Assembly: GCA_965199495.1 (NCBI GenBank)
Contig: CBDASK010000003.1
Span: 896,001-960,000 of the forward strand
Reading direction: 5' to 3'
Source: Abditibacterium sp.
GTDB lineage: Bacteria; Armatimonadota; Abditibacteriia; Abditibacteriales; Abditibacteriaceae
DNA: 64,000 nucleotides
Position numbers and translations under genes: made by a program. Positions 1 to 9,469 of the stretch are shown here, one piece after another. The notes beneath the pieces were generated by a model. The model was not told the DNA's origin, ran no database searches, and saw only the letters and a program-made list of their open reading frames with translations. The first letter of the stretch is position 1; each line of letters starts with the position of its first letter.

Positions 1-101
1 AAAGATTGGTCTTCATCCGGGCGCGCAAGCGTAAGATCGCGGCTCTTGTCATCGGGCGGAATGGACGTGGCTGGTTGCGAGGTGAGTGAGTGAGTGTTCA
101 T
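1..101 (-). CDS. 5' part of a probable cupin-domain protein (runs off the window)
   Basis: Reverse strand from ATG at 101 reads MNTHSLTSQPATSIPPDDKSRDLTLARPDEDQS and stays open to the window edge; the N-terminus resembles a cupin family. Confidence 0.5.
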   Translation of the reverse strand, partial: MNTHSLTSQPATSIPPDDKSRDLTLARPDEDQS

Positions 102-150
102 GGTGATGTTCAATACGATTTCGGCGGGCAGTTGCAGCAGGTGAGTTAAA

Positions 151-324
151 TAGAGCGTCTCGCAAGTTCGTTGGTATTTCGGGCGAGTTGTTTGGAGCGC
201 GGGCTTTAGCCCGTTGAATGGCAGCATTCGCGTTTATTTTCAGCGACTTCTGATGTCCAAACGGGCTAAAGCCCGCGCTCCAAACAACTCGCCCGAAATA
301 CCAACGAACTTGCGAGACGCTCTA
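151..324. repeat. Long palindromic MITE/REPIN-like element A (65-bp perfect arms, 44-bp spacer)
   Basis: 151-215 is the exact reverse complement of 260-324; ends TA-GAGCG...CGCTC-TA; each arm carries a GGAG plus CGGGCTTTAGCCCG REP-like hairpin. Confidence 0.9.
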
Positions 325-343
325 AGTAGTCGGGAAAACCATT

Positions 344-380
344 AAAAAAGTCCCGGCGAATCCATTCGCCGGGACTTTTT
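344..380. terminator. Intrinsic terminator (bidirectional type)
   Basis: AAAAAGTCCCGGCGAAT-cc-ATTCGCCGGGACTTTTT just after the stop of the 392-691 gene. Confidence 0.85.
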
Positions 381-391
381 CAACGGCTTGC

Positions 392-691
392 TCAGGAAGA
401 CGAATCAAGAACGGCGCCTATAAAACCGCTTGGAGGCGCGCCGAGCAGTTCCGTCGCGCGCTTGATCTTGTCATCGTTGTTGTAGACGGACAGCACCGAT
501 TCGGCTTGCTGCTGGCTCTCCCACAGCGTGTTGACCATCACATGGCCCACGTCGCTCACATCCTGGACGACCTCGTGAGATAGATAGCCCTCTTTCGCTG
601 GCATATCGGCGCCGATGGACTGGGCGACGCGAACGCCTTCTTCGCGCGCCTGGGCAGAAAACTTGAACTCGAACAGTGATTTGACATTCAT
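392..691 (-). CDS. Small ABM-like dimeric alpha+beta barrel protein
   Basis: ATG at 691 with GAGGAGG RBS; 99 aa with an ABM-like pattern (GYLSHEVVQD...VNTLWES). Confidence 0.65.
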   Translation of the reverse strand: MNVKSLFEFKFSAQAREEGVRVAQSIGADMPAKEGYLSHEVVQDVSDVGHVMVNTLWESQQQAESVLSVYNNDDKIKRATELLGAPPSGFIGAVLDSSS

Positions 692-777
692 GATTTTTCC
701 TCCTCGAAATTTCCGCTCAATAGCAGAAACGGTCAACGGCTTTGAATTTCAAAGCCAGCGGTGAGTGCGGCTTTGAT

Positions 778-1488
778 TCACCAGGGCAAAGTTTCGCCCG
801 CGTGGAAAAAGCCGCCGTGTGGCCCATCGTCGTCCAACGTGGCGAGCGTGACGCCAGTCTGGGCGCCCTCTTGCACGGAAATTTCGCCGTGCGAGTTGCC
901 TTCGGTCGTGACGTTGCCGGGATGCGCGGCGTTGGCGCGGTGCGGCGTGCCCGCCCACTGCTGCGCGTAGTGAATCGTCATCATGTTGAGCGCGGCTTTG
1001 GAGGCGTCCATCGCCAGAGGCTGAATCGGCTGCGAGCCGTTGGCCTGCAACGTCAGCGAACCCAGCGAACTGGAGATATTAACTAAACGCGCGGCGGTCG
1101 AGCGATTTAAGAGCGGCCAAAACGCCTGCGTGACCGCGTGCGCCCCGAACACGTTAAGCTCGAATGTTTGGCGCAGCACCTCCATCGACACTTGCGCCGG
1201 TGGCGCGAAATCGCCGGGCAGCAACGCGCCAGCATTGTTGACCAGCACATCCAAAACGCCGAATTTGGCTTCAACTTCGCGCACCGCACCGGCAATCGAA
1301 GCGGCATCGGTCGGGCCGAGCAAAAGGAAGTGCGCGTCCAAATCTTCGTCGCGCAGCATCTGGGCCGCCGCCTCGCCGCGCTCCGCGTCGCGCGCGCCGA
1401 GCAAAACGGTGTGATTCTGTTGCCCCAGTTGACGGGCGGTTTCCAAGCCCAACCCTTTGTTGGCGCCGGTAATCAGTGCGATTCTCAT
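778..1488 (-). CDS. Short-chain dehydrogenase/reductase (carbonyl reductase-like)
   Basis: TGANKGLG and LVNNAG motifs; the YxxxK catalytic motif reads MDASK, with no Tyr. Confidence 0.9.
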   Translation of the reverse strand: MRIALITGANKGLGLETARQLGQQNHTVLLGARDAERGEAAAQMLRDEDLDAHFLLLGPTDAASIAGAVREVEAKFGVLDVLVNNAGALLPGDFAPPAQVSMEVLRQTFELNVFGAHAVTQAFWPLLNRSTAARLVNISSSLGSLTLQANGSQPIQPLAMDASKAALNMMTIHYAQQWAGTPHRANAAHPGNVTTEGNSHGEISVQEGAQTGVTLATLDDDGPHGGFFHAGETLPW

Positions 1489-1614
1489 AGCTTCTCCTTA
1501 AACGCGATTATTATAAACGCGTTTACTTTCAACGTTCGGTTGCGAGCCGGGGTTCCGAGGCGTCCGCGCGTTTTTTATGCGGAGAGTTTCGCTGGGCCGG
1601 GCGTCTTAGCCTTT

Positions 1615-2103
1615 ATGATTTCTCAACGCCAAGACCCGACTGCGCTGTTTGCGCTGACCGATGCTCATCGCCCGGAAGACTCGGTTGGTTTTCTGTTATG
1701 GCGCGTGGCGCACCGTTACCAGCGCGAGATCGACCGCGCGTGTGCCGCCGAAGATTTGACGCATTTGCAGTTCGTGGCGCTCACCATGAGCGCGTGGCTG
1801 GGGCGCGAAGGTGAAGCCGTGACGCAACCCGATTTAGGCCGCTTCAGCAGCATTCACCCGATGCAGTTATCGAATGTGCTGAAGGCGCTCGAAGCCAAGG
1901 GTTTGCTGGCTCGCCCGCGCAGCGAAGCCGACAGCCGCACAAAGCACGTCGAACTTACGCCCAAAGGCAACGAAACTCTGGCGCGCGCGCTCCCGTTGGT
2001 GCAAGCGGCACAAAGCCGCTTTTTCGGTCACGATGCGGATGCCAGCGAAGGGTTGCAACTCGCCCTCAAGCGATTGGTGGCGAACTGGAACGAAGACGAA
2101 TAG
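1615..2103 (+). CDS. MarR-family transcriptional regulator
   Basis: wHTH with LEAKGLL..RSEADSRTKHVELT; ATG at 1615; divergent from the SDR. Confidence 0.9.
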   Translation: MISQRQDPTALFALTDAHRPEDSVGFLLWRVAHRYQREIDRACAAEDLTHLQFVALTMSAWLGREGEAVTQPDLGRFSSIHPMQLSNVLKALEAKGLLARPRSEADSRTKHVELTPKGNETLARALPLVQAAQSRFFGHDADASEGLQLALKRLVANWNEDE

Positions 2104-2120
2104 GAGTTTTGAACTAAAAA

Positions 2121-2639
2121 ATGCGGACGCAACACTTATTCCGATACCGCAAATAGATTTTGCCTCCGCAAAACCAAAAAGCGCGCGTTGCCTTTCGGCA
2201 ACGCGCGTTTTTGCTTGCGAAACGGGCGCGCTCGCGCGCGGCGCTCGAATTGATGGAAATGCGTTTGGCGCGCGGCGACGATTTCGCGCTTGAATCGACT
2301 TTGGCTTCGCGTTCTCTGGCGCCCTTCGTTGAGCGTTGTAAAGATGCAAACTACAATTTCATATTGTTTTACGTTTGGCTACGCGACGAAGAATTAGCGG
2401 TGCAGCGCGTGGCGCAACGTGTGGAGAGTGGCGGACATGACATTCCAGACGACGTGATTCGGCGGCGTTACGAGCGCGGGCTTAGCAACTTCTTCGAGTT
2501 GTATCAACCTCTGGCTGATGAGTGGTTTGTTTTGGATAATTCCGGCGATCTTTCCATTGATGTCGCTCGAAAAATGGGCGGCATCGAAGAAATCTTGCAA
2601 TCTCAATTGTGGGAAACTTTCTCAAAATTATCCTTATGA
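2121..2639 (+). pseudogene. Degraded zeta-toxin-like / COG4185 ATPase fragment
   Basis: FALESTL and RVAQRVESGGHDIPDDVIRRRY motifs present; no N-terminal P-loop and no good start. Confidence 0.6.
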
Positions 2640-2836
2640 AAAACACACCACTTCGTTCCAAGGCGGACATCATTTCCACAGCCGCGCGTGAAGCCGTGGC
2701 CGACGCCATTGAAACGCACCGCCGCATGGGCCGCTCGATTGTGGTTTCGCGCGATGGCGTCGTGACGCGCGTGCGGCCCAGCGAAATCACGCCGCGCGCT
2801 TTGCCTCACGACGAGCGTGAAGCAAACGACAATTAA
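2636..2836 (+). CDS. Small hypothetical protein coupled to the ATPase remnant
   Basis: ATGA overlap with the upstream stop; AVADAIETHRRMGRSIVVSRDG. Confidence 0.65.
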   Translation: MKNTPLRSKADIISTAAREAVADAIETHRRMGRSIVVSRDGVVTRVRPSEITPRALPHDEREANDN

Positions 2837-2897
2837 ATTTCTTTCATGATCGGAAGTGTTGCTGGAACTTAACACGATTTGATGCGCCCTTAATTGC

Positions 2898-3261
2898 GTG
2901 CCAAAACCATCTGATGAAGCAGAAATCGAATTGCTCCAAGCGGCGTATGCGGCTTTCAATGCGCGCGATATTGACGCCGCCCTCGCGACAATGACGAAGG
3001 ACGTGGCCCAAAGCCTTCAAAGGCGGCTTTGTGCGTGGCCCGGCAGAAATTCGCGCCTATTGGACGGAGCAATGGTCGGAAATCTCTCCCAACGTCGAGC
3101 CAACTTCGTTTCATTCCCAAAACGATGGGCGAGTTTTAGTAGATGTCCATCAAGTCGTGCGCGATTTGTCGAGCGCCGTGCTGGCCGATGAACACACGGG
3201 TCATCTGTTTACTTTTGAGCAGGGTTTAATTGCAAAGATGGAAATTAGCCCGCTCGTGTAA
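2898..3261 (+). pseudogene. SnoaL/NTF2-like protein, frameshifted near 3005
   Basis: AYAAFNARDIDAAL..MTKDV continues in another frame as WPKAFKGGFVRGPAEIRAYW. Confidence 0.75.
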
Positions 3262-3298
3262 AAGTTAGAGCGCATTGCCTTTTTGCCAATTCCGCATC

Positions 3299-3333
3299 AA
3301 AAGCGCGCGTTAATTCCCAGCAACGCGCGCTTT
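3299..3333. terminator. Possible intrinsic terminator
   Basis: AAAAGCGCGCGTT-N10-AACGCGCGCTTT. Confidence 0.5.
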
Positions 3334-3422
3334 CGCTTTGTGTGCCAGTTTGTCTTTGGCACACAAACCGTTACTTCCCAACTCGCCGCGCGCCAAACTA
3401 TTTGGGCGCGCCACAAAACCTC

Positions 3423-4391
3423 ATGGAATATTTAAATTTGGGCAATAGCGGATTGAAAGTTTCGCGGCTCTGCTTGGGCTGCATGACTTATGGCGTGCCT
3501 TCGCGCGGCAACCACGAATGGACTTTGCCCGAAGACAAATCGCGCCCGTTCATCAAAGCGGCGTTGGATGCGGGCATCAATTTTTTCGATACGGCGAACG
3601 TTTATTCCGATGGCACCAGCGAAGAGATCGTCGGGCGCGCATTGCTTGATTTCGCGCCGCGCGACGAAATCGTGCTGGCGACCAAAGTTCATGGCCGTAT
3701 GCGCCCCGGCGCCAACGGCGCCGGATTATCGCGCAAAGCCATCTTCGCCGAAATTGATGCGAGCCTCCAACGCCTGGGCACCGACTACGTGGATTTGTAT
3801 CAGATTCACCGCTTCGATGCAGCCACGCCGCTCGAAGAGACGCTCGAAGCGCTGCACGATGTCGTGAAAGCGGGCAAAGCGCGCTACATCGGCGCCTCTT
3901 CGATGTGGGCGTGGCAGTTCGCCAAAGCGCTGTTTCTCCAAGATAAGCACGGTTGGACGCGCTTTATTTCGATGCAAGATCATTATAACTTGCTCTACCG
4001 CGAGGAAGAACGCGAAATGTTCGGCCTGTGCGCCGACCAAAACATCGGCGTGATTCCGTGGAGTCCTTTGGCGCGCGGTCGTTTAACTCGCGCGTGGGAC
4101 GAGCAAACCGAACGCGCCCAAACCGACGAATTCGGCAAGACGTTGTATCATTCGTCGGATAAACCCATCGTCGAAGCCGTGGCCCGCATCGCCGAGGAGC
4201 GCGGCGTTTCGCGCGCGCAAGTCGCCCTCGCGTGGATGTTGAGTAAGTCGGTCATTACCGCGCCAATTATCGGCGCCTCGAAGTTGGCGCACTTGGACGA
4301 CGCCGTGGCTGCTCTGGAGTTGAAGCTAAGTCAGGATGAGATTAAAGCGCTCGAAACGCCCTACGCGCCGCATAAAGTCGCGGGTTTTTGA
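3423..4391 (+). CDS. Aldo/keto reductase (YajO-like)
   Basis: GINFFDTANVY, LGTDYVDLYQIH and PWSPLARG motifs. Confidence 0.95.
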   Translation: MEYLNLGNSGLKVSRLCLGCMTYGVPSRGNHEWTLPEDKSRPFIKAALDAGINFFDTANVYSDGTSEEIVGRALLDFAPRDEIVLATKVHGRMRPGANGAGLSRKAIFAEIDASLQRLGTDYVDLYQIHRFDAATPLEETLEALHDVVKAGKARYIGASSMWAWQFAKALFLQDKHGWTRFISMQDHYNLLYREEEREMFGLCADQNIGVIPWSPLARGRLTRAWDEQTERAQTDEFGKTLYHSSDKPIVEAVARIAEERGVSRAQVALAWMLSKSVITAPIIGASKLAHLDDAVAALELKLSQDEIKALETPYAPHKVAGF

Positions 4392-4709
4392 GAGTGACTC
4401 AAATTGTCGCACTTTTACAAATTTGAGAATAAATCTAATGATTTTTTCTTGAACATTGTCCGTTCTTCAATTCATTTCTTCGTGTTGGAAATGAAATTTA
4501 CCGGTAAATTGTCGCTGTTCCAAATTTGAGCCTCGCTTTGAAAGTGGCCATGATCTTCCCATCGTTGGGCTTTTTGTCTGAATCCGCTATATTGATGATT
4601 GAGTTGGCAGACTCTTATTAATTTATCTGCCCAATAATAGTGACAGTGGCGGCATACGATAGAGATAACCGTTATCTTTCGCTATTTCAATTGAAAAAGG
4701 AGAATCATC

Positions 4710-5861
4710 ATGGCTGAGAGTAGAGACACCGAAATCAGAACGCGCGAGTTCATCGAGATCGTGCCACCGGCACCGATTGCTCGCGCCGAACCGTTGAGCC
4801 TGCGCGCTGGATCGCTATCGCTCGCAGATTCAAAACTAAAGTCAGCGCCAACGCCAGCACCGGATTTGGGGCCGCTTCAAGCGTTGCTGGGAATTTGGCG
4901 CGGACAGGGCACGGGCTGGAACATGATCGCGCTGCCCTTTTTTAAGGCGCCAGCGCCGCCCGCAGGGTTCAAATATCGGGTGTTGATGAACCAATACGAT
5001 GAGGAGCTTCAAGTCACTTTCGTCGACAGCAACGTTCCCAATCGCGGCCTGAAACGGCCCGGACTTTCTGGTGGTTCGGATCAGTTCACCGTGACACTTG
5101 ATTACCAGCAGAAGATCGCTCAAGTTGTGGCGGAAGACCGGCCTGATAGCAACGGGCTTGCGGGCGATCCGGGACTACCGATTCATCACGAACCCGGTTT
5201 GTGGCTTTATGCCAAAAACCGCGTCACTAACGATGATCATCTCGAAGCCAACAAAGTGTCGGAGGTTCCGCTCGACATCGCGCGCCTCGCTTCGATACCG
5301 CACGGCAATTCCGTGCTCGCTCTTGGCACATCCGCACATCACGAAGGTATGCCGGAGATTCCGCCTTTAAGTGGGTTTCCGTCGGGGCGTTTCGAGGACG
5401 TGAAGACTCCAGACTACGACTTCAAGTCTGATCCGTATCTCGCCCCGTTCAAGCATTACGTGGATGCTCCTTTCATGGGAAACGTCGCAGTTCCCGGATT
5501 CCCTGGATTTAACCCGGCGGATATGAACGAGATCCTTCGTTTCGCCAATCAAGGCGTCAAAGTGGTGAAAACGACGACTTTGACTGTGGACACGGCGCGA
5601 CAAAGCGGCGGCATTTCAAGCGTTCCGTTCTCGGTTCGAGAGGCCGAGCCGGTCAGTATGAAATCCACGTTTTGGATTCAGGAACTCGACGAAAAAGACG
5701 AGCAAGGCCAACCGAGAATGCGGCTGCAATACTCGCAAGTCGTCATGCTGGAGTTCTTCAATCCCCGGCAAGACGAGTTTCCGGGCCGCGCCATCTGGCC
5801 GCATATCAGCATCGCGACACTGGAAAAAGTTCCGGCGCAATACAAGCTCGTGGCTGCTTGA
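4710..5861 (+). CDS. Putative heme-binding beta-barrel (nitrobindin/FABP-like) protein
   Basis: AAGGAG RBS; LGPL..LLG.W.G, IHHEPGLWL, RLASIPHGNS, LQYSQ and WPHISIATL.K motifs. Confidence 0.6.
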   Translation: MAESRDTEIRTREFIEIVPPAPIARAEPLSLRAGSLSLADSKLKSAPTPAPDLGPLQALLGIWRGQGTGWNMIALPFFKAPAPPAGFKYRVLMNQYDEELQVTFVDSNVPNRGLKRPGLSGGSDQFTVTLDYQQKIAQVVAEDRPDSNGLAGDPGLPIHHEPGLWLYAKNRVTNDDHLEANKVSEVPLDIARLASIPHGNSVLALGTSAHHEGMPEIPPLSGFPSGRFEDVKTPDYDFKSDPYLAPFKHYVDAPFMGNVAVPGFPGFNPADMNEILRFANQGVKVVKTTTLTVDTARQSGGISSVPFSVREAEPVSMKSTFWIQELDEKDEQGQPRMRLQYSQVVMLEFFNPRQDEFPGRAIWPHISIATLEKVPAQYKLVAA

Positions 5862-5872
5862 TGTCTGACCAA

Positions 5873-6038
5873 CTCACCTTACGCAGTTGAGTGTGGTAGC
5901 GAGGTTTGGAGTGGGCACGTAAGTGCCTGAGAAAGTTGTAATCGCTCAACGTAAGCGAAAAGCGAGGGCGAATTTACCTTTCAGGCACTTACGTGCCCAC
6001 TCCAAACCTCGCTACCACACTCAACTGCGTAAGGTGAG
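5873..6038. mobile_element. MITE-like palindromic element C (58-bp perfect arms, 50-bp spacer, 7-bp flanking direct repeat)
   Basis: 5873-5930 is the reverse complement of 5981-6038; flanked by TGACCAA at 5866-5872 and 6039-6045; inner GGAG plus GGCACGTAAGTGCC hairpin. Confidence 0.85.
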
Positions 6039-6107
6039 TGACCAATCCAAATAGGGAGCGGAAGTCACGATTTCGCTCCTTATTTAGCGGGATTGTTTGA
6101 AGAGAAT

Positions 6108-7544
6108 TCAAACGACTTTCGCTTTCCATTTGCCGCGCCGAAACAGCGTCGCGCTTAGAATTGCTAAAACCGAAAAGGCGACCATAATCGCCCAGAAAAC
6201 GCCGTTTGGCCCCAGTCCGAAATGGTAGGACAAAATGTAGGCGAGTGGGATTTCCACGATCCAGAAGCAGAAAAGATTGAGATAAGTCGGCGTCCACGTA
6301 TCGCCCGCGCCGTTGAAGGCGCCTTCCAAAACCATGCCAAAACCGTAGAACAAAAAGCCCAACGAAACGATATGCAGCGCGCTGGCGCCATATTTTAGCA
6401 CGGTTGGGTCAGTGCCAAACCAGCCGACGATTTTGGTTCCGAAGACCAATAAAATCAGGCCGACGAAACTCAGAAAAGTCGCATTGATAATGGCCGCGCG
6501 CCACACCGAAGCCTCGGCGCGTTCGGATTTATTGGCGCCCAAATTCTGGCCGACCAAAGTCGAAGCCGCATTACTCAAACCGGCGGCGGGCAAAATCACG
6601 AACATGATCACGCGTAATCCGATAACATAACCGGCGATGGCTTCGCTGCCAAACCCGGCGACGACGCGCACCAAAACACTCCAACTCGCGGTGCTAATGA
6701 TGAGCTGAAAAATCGCGGGCGCCGCGATACGAATTAAATTCGATGCGATCTCGCGGTCGAACTTCCAGTGCGGCTTTTTGATCGTGATACGCCCTTTTGC
6801 GCGCAGCAAATAAGACGCGGCCAGCGCAACGCCGACGCCACGCCCGATAGTCGTGCCGACTGCCGCGCCCATCACATTCAAACGCGGGAATGGCCAATTA
6901 TGGAGCAGCCACGCCGGGGGACTGAGATGCAAAACGCCGAAAATATCGGGGCCGAACACGAAACAGGGCGATAGAAAAATGTTGATTAAGTTGGCACAAA
7001 ACAACACGCGCATCGCCACCGAAGCATCGCCCACGCCGCGAAAAATCGCGTTGAGCAGAAACAGAAACACGATAACGAAATTGCCGCCCAGCATGATGCG
7101 CGTGAACGGCACGCCCATTTGAATCACGTTTGGCTCGGCGCCCAGCGCGCGCAAAAATTGTGGCGCAAAGGTAATTCCAACCGCGCTGAGAATCAGGCTG
7201 ACCGCAACGCCCAGATAAATCGCGTGCGCCGCGCTTTTGGCGGCGCCTTCGGGATCGTTTTCGCCGGTACGCCGCGAAACCGTCGCCGTCGCGCCAATAC
7301 TCAAACCGATGCCCAACGCGAACACAATCGCCAGCATGGATTCGGTCAGCCCGACAACAGCCACGGCGTCGGCGCCCAGATGCGAAACGAAAAAAATGTC
7401 CACTATGCCGAAGATGCTTTCCATCATCATTTCCAGAACCATCGGCACGGCCAGCAGAAATATCGCCGCCCCAATTGAACCCGTCGTGAAATCGCGCTCC
7501 GATCCAGCGAAAGCCTCTTTCCATATCTTCCAATAACGTTTCAT
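6108..7544 (-). CDS. MATE family efflux transporter
   Basis: About 12 TM segments; LA.P...VD.FFV.HLG, RGVGD and VGQNLGA motifs. Confidence 0.95.
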   Translation of the reverse strand: MKRYWKIWKEAFAGSERDFTTGSIGAAIFLLAVPMVLEMMMESIFGIVDIFFVSHLGADAVAVVGLTESMLAIVFALGIGLSIGATATVSRRTGENDPEGAAKSAAHAIYLGVAVSLILSAVGITFAPQFLRALGAEPNVIQMGVPFTRIMLGGNFVIVFLFLLNAIFRGVGDASVAMRVLFCANLINIFLSPCFVFGPDIFGVLHLSPPAWLLHNWPFPRLNVMGAAVGTTIGRGVGVALAASYLLRAKGRITIKKPHWKFDREIASNLIRIAAPAIFQLIISTASWSVLVRVVAGFGSEAIAGYVIGLRVIMFVILPAAGLSNAASTLVGQNLGANKSERAEASVWRAAIINATFLSFVGLILLVFGTKIVGWFGTDPTVLKYGASALHIVSLGFLFYGFGMVLEGAFNGAGDTWTPTYLNLFCFWIVEIPLAYILSYHFGLGPNGVFWAIMVAFSVLAILSATLFRRGKWKAKVV

Positions 7545-7568
7545 ATTTTATACAAACGCGTTCGTCCT

Positions 7569-7651
7569 GTAGAGACGCTGATTTATCGCGTCTCAAACGC
7601 TGGAGTTGCGGTATTTCAGACGTTTCAGACGCGATAAATCGGCGTCTCTAC
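7569..7651. repeat. REP doublet, GTAGAGACGCCGATTTATCGCGTCT family, copy 1
   Basis: Two inverted GTAG plus hairpin units; same unit at 31778 and 58881. Confidence 0.9.
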
Positions 7652-7665
7652 GGACGCGTGAAATA

Positions 7666-8061
7666 TCAACTCAAATCCAAATAAGGATTCCACGCGATTT
7701 CCCATACGAAACCATCGGGATCGGCGAAAAATCCGTGATAGCCGCCCCAAAACGCGTCTTGCGCTGGTTTGAGGATTCGCGCGCCCGCGCGTTGCGCGAC
7801 TTCTAAAACCGCTTCGACTTCGGCTTTATCTTTCACGTTATGCGCGAGCGTGAATCCGCCAACGCCCGGCGCCGTGGCTGCATTGGCGTCACGGTTTAAT
7901 TCGTCGCGCGGAAACAGCGAAAGCCACGCGCCGCGCAACCGAAAAAACGTCACGCCCTCGAAATCGCCTTGCGTCGGAAAGCCCAAACCGTCGCGATAGA
8001 ATTGCGTCGAACGTTCCAAATCGGAAACGCCCAGCGTAATCATGCTGATATAAGGTTGCAT
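7666..8061 (-). CDS. VOC/glyoxalase family protein
   Basis: ITLGVSDLERS..FY and FWGGY.GFFADPDG.VWEI motifs; ATG at 8061. Confidence 0.92.
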   Translation of the reverse strand: MQPYISMITLGVSDLERSTQFYRDGLGFPTQGDFEGVTFFRLRGAWLSLFPRDELNRDANAATAPGVGGFTLAHNVKDKAEVEAVLEVAQRAGARILKPAQDAFWGGYHGFFADPDGFVWEIAWNPYLDLS

Positions 8062-8154
8062 CGTTAGAGTTTGACAGCAGGAAAGAACATCCTGCACGAT
8101 TTCGCGGCCCCACATCAATTCGCAAAACAAAAGCGTCTGTTCCAAAGTCATGGC

Positions 8155-8511
8155 TCATTCATAATGCGCGCACGCACGAACAACTTGGCCGCTTTCGTCG
8201 AAGAAAAATATTTCGGTCGCCAAAACGCCGCGCGCGCCTTGATAATAAATAATCAGACTGTTCACGCCGCGAAACACGGCGCGAAACTCGAAATGTAAAT
8301 CGGGCAATTTTTCCAAAGCCGCGCGCCAATACGCAGCCACGGCGGGCTTGCCGCGCAATTTTCCCGACGGCTCGCCCGTTATTGTCACGATATGCGGGCT
8401 GCTCATCTCGAAATCTGGGGCGTAGTGCGCCAAAACGCGGTCGAGATCGCGCGCGTTCCACGCCTCAATCCATTCGCGCGCCCACTGTTGCGCGGCGTCT
8501 TGATTCATCAT
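8155..8511 (-). CDS. SnoaL/NTF2-like protein
   Basis: WIEAWNARDLDRVLAHY motif; ATGA overlap with the upstream gene. Confidence 0.85.
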   Translation of the reverse strand: MMNQDAAQQWAREWIEAWNARDLDRVLAHYAPDFEMSSPHIVTITGEPSGKLRGKPAVAAYWRAALEKLPDLHFEFRAVFRGVNSLIIYYQGARGVLATEIFFFDESGQVVRACAHYE

Positions 8512-8984
8512 GGCGCGATTCTCCATTGCTCGCTCAACTGCGCCATTGCCGCCGGATCGAAATGGTCTTGGTCGTCGCCCAGCAACGTTTGCAAATACGC
8601 GATCTGACCGCCGTGATGAATCACGTCCACGACAACGGCAGTGGAGATAAAATTGTTAGAAATCCCGTATTCGGCGGAGAAAATTTCGCCCAATTTCGCG
8701 GCGGACGCCGCGCGCAATGCCGACGTGAAACGCGCGCCGATTTCGGTCAGACTCTGCTGCGCTTCGTCGCCGTTGGCGACGGGCACGAAATCGCGCTTTT
8801 CTCCGTCCAGACTGTCGCAAACTCCATTAACGAAAGCCGCCAGATGATTGACGATTTCCAACGCCGACTTCGCTGTGGGCGCGGGTCTCCAATCGAGTTT
8901 GTCGGCGGGAAGTAGGCCGAAGTTGAAGATCAGATTTTTGAGGTTGCCCTCGAACAGCGTAATTAAAGTTTCTTTGTTAAGCAT
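8508..8984 (-). CDS. DinB family protein
   Basis: WRP....KSALEIVNHL and HHGGQIAYLQ motifs. Confidence 0.8.
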   Translation of the reverse strand: MLNKETLITLFEGNLKNLIFNFGLLPADKLDWRPAPTAKSALEIVNHLAAFVNGVCDSLDGEKRDFVPVANGDEAQQSLTEIGARFTSALRAASAAKLGEIFSAEYGISNNFISTAVVVDVIHHGGQIAYLQTLLGDDQDHFDPAAMAQLSEQWRIAP

Positions 8985-9011
8985 TTTGGTTCCTTGATGA
9001 TGTGCCACTAA

Positions 9012-9302
9012 TTAACGGCTCTTAGTTAAGTTTGCCTCTCTATTCAAAATCGCGCTCGTCGCGCCCAGCGCCTGTGCCACGACGTGGCCGCGTCGGGGCG
9101 CCACGAAACTCTGGCCCGCGCGCAACACGAAATCGCGCGCCTCGCCGCTTTGCGTGAGCCAGATCACGCCGTGCCCGCAACGAACGCGCTCGCCCACGTT
9201 CAATTGCGCGCTCCAAACTTGGCGCGGTTGCAGCGTGATTTCGCGGCAATTGGCGCGGCAGATGCGTTGCGGCAACGCAAGGCGAAGCGGAAAAATGTTC
9301 AT
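9012..9302 (-). CDS. DUF2917-like protein
   Basis: G.IWLTQSG..RDFVL.AG motif; divergent from the MocR regulator. Confidence 0.75.
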   Translation of the reverse strand: MNIFPLRLALPQRICRANCREITLQPRQVWSAQLNVGERVRCGHGVIWLTQSGEARDFVLRAGQSFVAPRRGHVVAQALGATSAILNREANLTKSR

Positions 9303-9469
9303 GGCACGACCTTGAGTTAGCGACAAATCGGCGCGCCATAACAGAGACAAAGCTGTCGTATTGTAACCGCAACAGTGAGAATTTTTGCGCGCTGTTCCGG
9401 TCGTTTACCGGCGCTTCTGTGCCTTAACTTGCCCTGAGGTTGGCGGTAACCTTTGTGGCGGAGGTTTTC

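Noticed and set aside
1138..1614. Long N-terminal extension of MarR
   Set aside because: It overlaps the SDR antisense; the MarR domain begins after the ATG at 1615
2121..2836. Functional zeta-toxin/antitoxin pair
   Set aside because: The ATPase lacks its P-loop and a start; treated as a remnant
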